From positions 1,922,001 through 1,986,000 of the forward strand of contig OZ193909.1 in the NCBI GenBank assembly GCA_964276515.1: DNA of 64,000 bases, in the 5' to 3' direction. How positions within the stretch are numbered: the stretch's first letter is position 1; each line of letters starts with the position of its first letter. The notes beneath the pieces are model-generated. The model was not told where the DNA came from and did no database searches. It saw nothing but the letters and a program-made list of their open reading frames with translations. This DNA comes from Gordius albopunctatus. Its lineage: Eukaryota. Below, in pieces: positions 39,280-49,656 of this stretch. The position numbers and the translations under genes were made by a program.

Positions 39280-40464
39280 TGTAATATGTAGTATTATTAA
39301 CTACACAGAATTTATTATTCAAATATGATTAACTAAAAACACATATGATACAATCACGTGTATATACACTAGGAACAACGAACTTAAACGTATATATAAA
39401 TACAAAGCATTAATCTATTATATTACATTTCTACCTATTTTAAAAATTGAACTCATCATGAAAACGCACAGGTTCCTTCTAAATTCTTGTAGACCGTCTT
39501 AATATAGTTGGATTTTCAGCTATATCAATGTTTGGTTCAAGATTCGCTTTCATCGGTGTCACTACATTTGGCATAAACTCGGAACGTAGTCTAAACTTTA
39601 ACTGATCGGCATGTTTTCTACGTATTCCCTCATTTGTGCGGACATTATAAGAATAATGGCTTTTCCGTTCAACGATCACTCCCTTACGCCAACCTGATTT
39701 TGTTTCATTTAGAATCCACATTGGATCTCCAACCGTAAATTCTCTATACTTCGTCTTGCGATCGTGATACAGTTTTTGTTTCCACACGTTTCCCTTTATT
39801 TTCCTTCTTGTGTCAATCTTGATCAAATCGATAGCTGTTTGTAACCTTCTCCCAATAAACATTTGTGAAGGTGCTTTTCCAGTAGTCGCTTGAGGCGAAT
39901 TCCGATAACACATAAGAACTTGCTGAAGGCATAATTCTTTGTCTAACATCTCCTTTCTGCATGCCCAATACTGACTTTTTAATGTACGTATAATTCTTTC
40001 AGCTAGCCCATTAGTTTTAGGGTGATACGGAGTAGACTTTATATGTTCAATGTTATTATCAAGACAGAATTTCTGAAATTCAATTCCGGCGAATTGTTGT
40101 CCATTATAGGACACTATCTGATTTGGTATCCCGAAACGACAAAACCAATTACGTAAATGGTTAATTATAACGGATGATGTTGTTGATTTCAGGGTCGCAA
40201 ATTCAACCCATTTCGATAAAGAGTCAATCAAAACTAACCACCATCTGCCTTCAACGGGTCCTGCTATATCGATATGAACGCGCTCCCATACTCTATCAGT
40301 CAAACTCCATGGGTGCAAAAGTACAGGCTTTTCTATTGGTCTCAAGTCTTGACATCCATCACAGCCTTTAACATATAAATCTATGTCACGATCCATTGCA
40401 GGCCAGTAAACGTAATAACGAGAAATATTACGCATTCCCGTTATGCCTGGATGACCTTGATGTA
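39280..40464 (-). mobile_element. 3' fragment (integrase plus 148-bp LTR) of a Gypsy related to family 1
   Basis: Integrase ORF 40435-39479 is homologous to the integrase within the 28049-30391 ORF. LTR 39280-39427 has ends TGTAATA...TATTACA and shares ACGTTTAAGTTCG with the family 1 LTR. Cut at the duplication junction. Confidence 0.9.
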
Positions 40465-43400
40465 GCGGGCAAGAATATATTTACTAAACTAGATTTAGTA
40501 CGTGCCTATCACCAAATTCCGATGACACCGGGAGACATCCCAAAAACGGCAATTACAACACCTTTCGGTCTATTTGAATTCATACGCATGCCTTTTGGTT
40601 TAAGAAATGCGGCGCAAACTTTCCAAAGATTCATAGACCAAGTCCTTAAAGGGCTAGACAACACTTTCGTCTATTTAGATGATATTCTAATAGCCAGTTC
40701 CTATCTTCAAGAACATAAGGTACACGTCGAACAAGTTATTAAAAGACTTTTCGAAAATGGTATTAGCGTCAATATAGAGAAATGTCAGTGGGGAGTCAAG
40801 GAAGTTGATTTTTTAGGGCATACAGTAACGTCCAAAGGTCTTAAACCGATACCTGAAAAAATTGACGCAATTGAAAAATTCCCAATTCCCACCACAATGA
40901 CAAAACTTGGACGTTTTATAGGAATGATAAATTTCTATCGTCGTTTCATTCCTATGTGCGCAGAAATTCTTAAACCCCTAACCGACCTACTAGACGATTC
41001 AAAGAGACCTATCATTTTAACCCCTGAAGCCGTAGAATCTTTCCGTCGGTCAAAACAAGCTCTCAAGCAAATAACCAGCCTTTCTCATTTAGACGAATGT
41101 AGCACGCTGTCCATTACGACTGATGCTTCTAATTATGCGGTCGGAGGAGTGTTACAACAAAAATCAAATGAGGACATCCTACCACTTGCGTTCTTCTCCA
41201 AAAAACTGTCAGATACTCAGACACGTTACAGCACCTTTAGCCGAGAACATTTGGCCATTTATCTCATTATAAAACAATATAGGCATGTCCTCGAAGGACA
41301 CAACTTCACTGTATACACAGACCACAAGCCTTTGACTTATGCACTCAAGGCAAAGATGGACAAATACTCACCCCGAGAAATCCGCCAATTGGACTACATT
41401 TCACAGTTCACGTCGGACATTCGATACATCCGGGGTAGTACGAACAGTGTGGCTGATACCCTGTCTCGCACAGACATCGACACAGTCCAAGTCCATACCT
41501 CAAAATCATTGTTGGAACTTATAGCAACAAGACAGGAGGTTGAACGTTATACAAAGGACGACATTAAATCTTTAAGACTGGAGCAACTCCCTGTACCAGG
41601 TTTATAACTAAATATAACTTCTGATATTTCCCAAAAACGCCAAGACCCCTGGTACCTCTTTCCTTACGGCAAACCGTCTTCAATCAATATCATGGATTAT
41701 CACATCCTGGTACCCGCTCAACCCTTAGTCTTATCTCCAAACGCTTTGTTTGGCCGAAAATGAATCATGACGTCCGATTATGGGCACGGCAATGCTATAA
41801 TTGTCAGGTTAGCAAGGTACATAAACATATTATATCCACACCAGGTACATTCACCAAACCGGACGCCCGATTTACCTATGTCCACCTAGACATCGTTGGT
41901 CCGCTACCACCAGACAATGGCTATAATTACATTTTTACCGCAATAGATCGTTTTACAAGATGGCCAATTGCGTTTCCCATAAAGATACAACAGCCGAGAC
42001 AGTTGCTAATACCTTCTTGCAAAATTGGATAGCAAACTTTGGTGCACCAACTACCATAAAAACTGACCGTGGACCCCAGTTTCAATACAACCTTTTCAGA
42101 GAATTTTCTCAACTACTCGGTTATCACCAGATAACCACAACCGCATACCACCCGCAAGCCAATGGGCTGGTAGAGCGTTTTCATCGTCAGTTGAGGAGTT
42201 CTATCATGGCAAAACACAAGGTCAACAAATGGTCAGAGACGCTTCCGTTGATACTACTTGGTATTAGAGCCACAGTGAAGGAAGATCTAGCATGTTCAAG
42301 CTCCGAACTCGTATACGGCACACCCTTACGACTGCCCGGCGATTACATAGAGCCATCGTCAATCGACACCAATACAACAGATTTCGTTCAACGACTTCAT
42401 CGCCACTTCGACAGTGTCCATTTTACACCACCGCGTTCAGCAAACATCAAACAACAGATCCCTACCGATTTTTTTTTCCACCACGTACGTTTTTATAAGG
42501 ACAGATAAAGTACGCAAAAGCTTGTCTCCACCTTACGAGGGACCGTTTAAAGTATTAGAGAGGCATACTAAGTATTTTCTGATAGACAAAAAAGGTAAAA
42601 GGGATAAAATATCGATCGACCGCCTAAAGTCAGCTTATGTCGAATCTGTGAACTTGGAAAAATTATCAACAAAAGGCCCAAACATAAGACCTCAACCTTC
42701 CAACTACCCTCAACTTCTTCTATAAAACAACACTGACTCAAATTACAAAACCACCAAATCAGGACGCACAGTGCACTGGCCAGCTAAATTAACTGAGTAC
42801 CTTTTTTTATTAGCACTCCATGCAATTAGGGGGGATTTATATGGCGCCTCTCAAATCGTTATAATTTGAATACACAAATTTACGTAAGTTTTTATTCACC
42901 CACGTAGTTACATAACGAAAATACATTATATCAATTTGAATATATGAAAATATTCATACATTATGCATATTAATCGCACCTTAAATGGTGTATATATACA
43001 CGTTAATTCTTATAGAATTATTCTCTTGTAATTTTTTACTTTCAGTATTAATAAATGTGGTTGGCCTTATATTTTACCCCTATTTAGTAATTAGTGTATC
43101 AATCTTACACTTGCATAATTTTGTATTTTATTTACAGGGGTTAGTGCCGCTAAAGTCTTGTGTGCACCTTCTAGAGTAAGAAATTTTGCTGATGACATCA
43201 GTAAATGTTTGGCTTATCATAAAATTAATGTAAACATACATAATTTTATATTAAATCAGTTAAATTATCTCTCGTATTCAATTTTTAGAAAATAGTCATT
43301 TTTACATTTTAATAAATTCAAATAATAATTGTAAAAGATTTTCTCGTTGGATGATAAGCGTTTGGTTTCTTTGAGGTTTTAATAAGTTATCTTCAATAAA

Positions 43401-45330
43401 TATTCAAAATCTCTGAATATTTTCTCATCTTTAAGACATGTTGTGCATATTTTCCTAATATAAAAAAATCAAATTTAAGCTTCATTGCTTAGAATTTTCT
43501 GCATTAATTTAATTTCTTTCCTCACAAGTAAATAATTCTATGTATTTTTATGTCTTACTTTTATTTTTTATTTACAAGTGTTTTGAGTTTTAGAGAAGTA
43601 TAAATATTCAATGAATTTCTTTGGGCAACTTGTCTTGGTTGTTTATAGCATTATTTTACTAAAATTTATATAATCATTTAATAAACTCATCACTTTATCC
43701 TTCAAGAAATTATCATAAAGGATATGCTTATATTCTGACTCCCTGTTAGTGATGTTATGGGGCGCGCCATTTTACAGACGCGCTTAATAGGAAGAAAGAG
43801 ACTAAGAAATAAGGTCCATCGTAAGACGTGCTTGCCTGGTGTAATGTCCCTTTTTTACTAATTCCCCGCCCCATGGTCCTAATTGTAGAAAATATGCCAT
43901 TACATTAACCATAACATTAATGAAACAAATAAGGCATTGGGGGGAGGGAACACATCGTGTTGATGATGACAATAACTAGCTAATAACACCCCCTTAGCAT
44001 ATATCTAATGGTCTATCGGGTCTCTATTAAAAAATAATAAACTAGCTAGTGGTCGGTATTTTTTTTTGTTAAAAAGTTTATTTTCGCGAAACAAAGTTAC
44101 ATAAATAAGCGAAATACAGAAATAAAGACATATTGGTTAAATACAAAGATCTATATCATTCTCTTCTAAAATGGGCCATGAGTCGGCAAAGGATTTAAAG
44201 TTGTATCGTGCAACAAAAATCCTCAGTTGTTGTCTGAGTAAAAATGACGCAGAAAATTTAATTTCGGGGTGCGTTTTCCGATTTCTTTAAAAAATTCCAT
44301 TGCCTGTTTGCCAAAGGAACCGAAGCACGAGGCAACGACAGATTGGTCGGTATTCAACACACCCACACTGAATGTCTTGACCAGAAAAGGAGACTAACAG
44401 TGTGGGTGTGGCTCTTTTTCTTAAGACTACAATACCCCCTCAGCACACCCTAAGGCGCGCTATCTAGCGCGCCTGTCACAACACTACTCCCTGTCTGAGC
44501 AATGCCCCCTTCCCCTCATAGGCATTCTCGACTCGACCCTTCCCCCCTATCTCGCGTATAAATTGCATATCAAATGTCCTAGATTTATACGAAGTATAGT
44601 TGACTTTTTTACAAGCAATAGCCCTCAAACTCTTGCGTTAGGACGACAGTTGGAGACTCTAGACCTTTTCGGGTTAATATTGGATTACATCAAGGCTCTG
44701 CTTTAAGTCCCTTTTTATTAAATATAATTATGGACACGATAACGAGGGACTTTCAAAAGCCATCGCCATGGTGTATGCTATATGCCGATGATATAGTACT
44801 ATGCGAGGAAACAAGAAAGAAGGTATTCGAAGAAGCAGAAAAGTGGTCAAAGCGCTTAGCTGGATATGGTTTAAAGGTCAACGATCGAAAAACGGTATAC
44901 ATGGAAATGAACGGTACAAGCACCCCATCGCTGGATGACCACCTAAAATACTCAAAAGTAGACAGGTTTAATTACCTCGGCTCTATGTTACATCAAGAGG
45001 GAGGTTGCGCAACTGAAATCAATGCCCGGCGGATTCAAAAAGGATGGCTTAAATGGCGAAGTATATTCGGTGTAATGTGCTACAAGAAAATGCCAATATG
45101 GTTGAAGAGCAAAGCTTACAAATCCATCGTAAGACCGGTGTTACTCTATGGAAGTGAAACATGGGCATTAAACACCACGGAAGGAAAGTTATTACAAGCC
45201 ACGGAGATGAAAATGATACGGTGGAGCTTAGGGTATACTAAGCTCGACCATATGACGAATGACTTTCTCATGACAAAAATGGGTATTCAACCTATGGCGG
45301 ACATGATTAACGAAAATCGGCTAAGGTGGT
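40463..45330 (+). repeat. Right arm of the inverted duplication, including a partial Gypsy family 2 copy (40463-43154, LTR 42840-43154)
   Basis: The ORF track shows mirror-image, near-identical RT, RNase H and integrase peptides relative to the left arm. Confidence 0.97.
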
Positions 45331-45567
45331 ATGGACATATACTAAGAAGTGATACGGATGACGTAAATCGAAAGGTACTGGACATGGAGGTACCGGGGAA
45401 GATAGGAAAAAGACGACCCCGTGTCACATTGAAAGGGCATATCGATAAAGATATGGAAACTAAAGAGATTCGTCAAGACATGGCAATAACCCGGTCAAGA
45501 TGGAAGAGACTCATCAAAACAATCCCCACCAATGTGGGACCAAATAACTGATAAAGAAGAGAAGAAG
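44624..45567 (+). mobile_element. 5'-truncated RTE LINE with intact 3' end
   Basis: RT C-terminal ORF 44730-45551; GAAGA tail; TSD AATAGCC at 44617-44623 and 45568-45574. Confidence 0.93.
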
Positions 45568-45990
45568 AATAGCCAAAACTAGGCGCATGTACCAAAACGA
45601 AATAACGAACTCCAAGTCGGACGCACCCCCCCCCCCACCAGGGACGAAGCTCCTGTTACATATACATCTAAATCTAGCTTAATTTGAATGAAAACAAAGT
45701 AACTTTTTGTATAAAAACTATTAAAATTTAATGAAAATTTTTTCAAAAATATTATTTAAGAAATAAGACAGAGTTTTTATTAAAAAAATTTGCATATAAA
45801 ATGAACACACTTTAATAACAAACTTTAAATTTTATTCAATTCTAATTAGCATTTAAGCAACATCTTATAAATATATAATTACCCAATTTTCCAGAAATCA
45901 CTTTATTAATTCTTTGATATCATACTGTCAACAATTAAATAACATAAATCCCATTTATATACGAGTATTGAACTTTGGAAAAATTTTCCT

Positions 45991-47071
45991 TTAAATTTCA
46001 TTAGTTGAATGAACTTCATGATAAGGTATCACAGACCGATAATAATATATAAGGTAAAGTTGAAAGAGGCTAATTAAGCTTCCTAATATATTGGGTATCT
46101 ATACAAATATTAGTGATGGTGATATAAATAGCAGATCATCATTATTTAATTATTCCTTTGAAAATTACATATAAATAAATATGATTTCTTTTTATTTATT
46201 GAAGGTAATTTCAAAATAATATTTACCTTCAATTAATTATATAAATTTGTTAAATGATATGCATTTATTTTAGTTATAGATATAACAATGTCTATCAGAT
46301 AATAAAAATTTTAACTTATACATATAGAAAATAAAATTGCCACCACGTGCATATAGCTCTCAATGAATTACCTGCACAAAGGGATCCTTAATAAGTGTTC
46401 CATAAATTGTCCAACTAACTGAAGCAATAAGTGCAATTAATGAAAAATGAAAAGACAAACTTCTAGTGTGCTTCTCCCTTAAAACCTGTGCCTAAAAACA
46501 TTTTTTCAAAAACAAGCCTTAAAATGCATACCATAGATATTAGTGGTGATGCAAAAAACAGAAGTGCTAATGAACATGCTACTGTACCCAAATATTGTAT
46601 GGCCAGATGTTCATCATGATTTTTTATATTAATTATAAATGATGTAAGAACTAATAGAGCTATCATTGTTAAAGTAATTGATTTATATAATTGTTTCTAC
46701 AATAAGTATAAGTTAGTAAAAAAATGTCTACTTTTTGAATAGTGTAGATGCTGTAAAAAATAATGTAGGCAGATTGACAAATTATGCCAAATAAATTGGT
46801 AATCAAAATAGAAAAATCATGTTTGAATAAGCCATATTCAAAATTTACAGCAGCACTAATAATATAATTAAGATTCCATAAATTAAAAAACCATAGTAAC
46901 CCAGCAATGAAAGGTGTTATTGAGATACCATCAGAACCTTTTTGTTTTTTAATTTTTCCACATGTGGCACTTAATAATATATAGATGTGTCACGAAGTTA
47001 TCTTACATTCCAGCACTATATACACCAACCGTGGCCAGGATGCTAAAACCTCCAACAAAATTTTTCAACAT
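45991..47071 (-). CDS. SLC50A1: SWEET1-like sugar transporter (219 aa)
   Basis: Exons 47071-47007, 46969-46892, 46855-46732, 46696-46532, 46491-46372, 46098-45991 (660 nt). Two MtN3/saliva repeats: KGSDGISITPF...YG...ITNLFG and FFASPL...TRSLSF...WTIYG...DPFVQIPNILG. Confidence 0.93.
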
Positions 47072-47325
47072 TAGAGATTTTTAACACGTGGGACCATTTT
47101 AATTAAACTCATTTGAACTGGTGCCCTATCAACTTGCCGAAAACTGTCAAATTTACATTGGGACATTACTGTGATTGGTTGAAATTATCATTTGACTTTA
47201 AAGTAGTGTATTGGCGGATTAAGCGTGATTTTTGCAGGTATCGAGGGATTAGGGATGAAAAATAATTAGTCTATGAATTTAAATTATAAATTTTACAACT
47301 TTCTAAGTAAAAATAAACTTATTTT

Positions 47326-47740
47326 ATATACTTTTAGAAGATAATAACAACCCCTTTCAGGAGTGCCCGCAATAAAATTTAAAGAATACTCTAATTAGCG
47401 CCATCTATGGGCAATTTTAATTAGAGACTAATTTGAACTATGTATATCCCTATCTTTTTTAGTATGTGACTCGAAAATGATAACAGACATAACGTTTTCG
47501 CTCTTATTAGAGCTCATCAATATGCCATAGTTAATTTTCTAGTCACATAGTAAGCGAGATAGGTATATATAAGGCACAAATTAGATTTAATCCATTCTTA
47601 TGTTGGCTATGAAATAACCCCCATAATTATGGTAGTAATAATTATGTTGTTTTATTATATTAGAAATTAGTAAATAAATTGCATGTTAATGATATACTTT
47701 TAGAAGATAATAACAACCCCTTTCAGGAGTGCCCGCAATA
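47326..47740. repeat. Perfect 49-bp direct repeat flanking a 317-bp insert
   Basis: ATATACTTTTAGAAGATAATAACAACCCCTTTCAGGAGTGCCCGCAATA at 47326-47374 and 47692-47740. Confidence 0.9.
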
Positions 47741-48169
47741 TAATAAATATTTACTACCATAAAAAATAGGTTAAATATTGCAGGAATAGGGTTTGCAAAG
47801 TGAGAGGTTAAGTAATTGGCTAATTGTTTTATAAGTCTCTTCGCGGTCATGAATGCAAAATCTCGGCTCGTTTCCGGTTATGAGAATCCATCGGCGTAAA
47901 AAAATCTCGGTTTCCTCTCGACGAGAAATCTCGACATGTCTCGACTTTAAATATTTCATCCCCTAATTATTTAAATTATATATAAATACAAATTTTTATA
48001 AATTGCGAAACATTTTTTTAATCGAGAACAAAAATATGAATGCTATAAATATCGCTTGCACACTACTTTATTATATTTTATCCGTTTTTTATATCTGATT
48101 TTCAAATTTTTACAAGTATAATTAAACATTTGGAGAAACATGTCATTTTTATAGCTTGTATATTTAAGA

Positions 48170-48840
48170 AGATTTTTACCCTCATAATTAATGTTCTTCA
48201 TAGATATATTTTCGGGAATTGTCGAGGGTGTTAAAAAATTATTGTAGTTAATATAATATTTTGTCCTCATAGAGGACATCGTCAGATAAGTAAAATAGAT
48301 TTAAATAAAATAGATTTAAATAAAATAAAATATAAACTAAATAGAATGTTCTTTTGGTAGTGATAAATTAGTGTGTATCCAAGGGTAGAGGGGTACCCTT
48401 CCCATATCTTCATTTAAAGTGGGGTTAAGTCTTCTAATAAAGAAGGACTCTAACGTCTTCCTTTCAAAATATGATTTTGTAAAAATTAGAATTGATTGTG
48501 TGAGTTTTGACGTATGATTTTCCTTTAAAATGTGGTTAGATACTCCTGTAGGCACCCCGTTGGGGCGAAATCAAGCCGCCAAGTGTTCTTTAAGCCTAAA
48601 ATTTTTAAAAAGCATTAAAAAAATTTAAAAAGTAATGATATTAATAACATCATCATCACGCAAAAACCTAATAAATCACTCTTAACAATATTACAAAATA
48701 ACTGTCTATAAAATTACTTGTAGTGATTGCAACCAGTTTTACATCGGGGAAACAAAAAGAGACTTAAGAGTTAGGCTTGTTTCCCCGATGTAAAACTGGT
48801 TGCAATCACTACAAGTAATTTTATAGACAACACAAGCTTA
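48170..48840 (-). mobile_element. Penelope-like retroelement 3' remnant (GIY-YIG endonuclease), internally inverted
   Basis: VVYKITCSDCNQFYIGETKRDLRVRLKEH...ERKTLESFFIRRLNPTLNED; hammerhead-like core downstream of the stop. Confidence 0.85.
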
Positions 48841-49022
48841 ATCTACATATTTATATATTTAAGTGTATTAATCTTCCTTCACTTAAAACAAAATTTAATT
48901 TGGAATATAGTCAAAATCTGGCAAATTGATTTAATCTCACTCACTTAAAAGCATGAAGGAAGTGATTGTTGAAATTTACAATTATTCTTATATAAAAAAG
49001 TAGTTTAATTTTTATAATATGA

Positions 49023-49630
49023 CTAGCTGTGCCCGGCCAAGCGTTGCTTTGGCTTAGTACTCATTTGGCTAAATAATTGGTACCTAGCAATAGGAAATAT
49101 ATGAAAGAGTTTTGGTCAGCTGAAAGAGAGTTTGTGATGTGAAAAAATATATTTTTATATTATACAAATAAATATTAACTTAATAAAAAGTCATATTTAT
49201 TATTAACAATAGATTTATAAAAATTTTAAATACTTATTAGGTAGTGATGTTTAGCAATAACATGCACATTTGAGTGACAAAAGTATTTATAAACCACTAT
49301 TTTATTTATTTAAATTAAATAGTTTGTTAAACCTCAAAGATTTTGACCGTATACTGTAATATTTTTATTATACTTTTAAATATCTAATTCGAGAAAACTT
49401 CAACCTTGTATGTATGACGTCATTATTGTATATGATGCTATAATTGAAACTGGCCGGGAAATGTCCGATATTTTTAAAACTAAAAGGAATTTTAGGGATC
49501 TGAAAAAGCTATTTTACCCCTGGCCGCCCTGGGCATCTACGGCTAAATTTTCGCGCGAATAGGGCCGGTAGTTTCAGAATTTAGCCCTTATCCACATACA
49601 TACAAACATACAGACAAACATACATACACT
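49023..49630 (+). mobile_element. Possible non-autonomous Helitron-like element
   Basis: Starts CTAGCTGTGCCCGGCCAAGCGTTGCTTTGGC (hairpin near the end) and ends in an ACAT/ACAG microsatellite. Assigned on architecture only. Confidence 0.45.
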
Positions 49631-49656
49631 CATAGACTTAGTTTTATTAGTCTATG
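49631..49656. mobile_element. 26-bp TIR-only transposon remnant with an 8-bp TSD
   Basis: CATACACT-[CATAGACT TAGTTTTATT AGTCTATG]-CATACACT. Confidence 0.8.

Noticed and set aside
40396..41607. 403-aa ORF as a novel chimeric reverse-transcriptase gene
   Set aside because: Starts at TTG in antisense integrase sequence and reads through the duplication junction into a truncated RT; most likely a by-product of the rearrangement.
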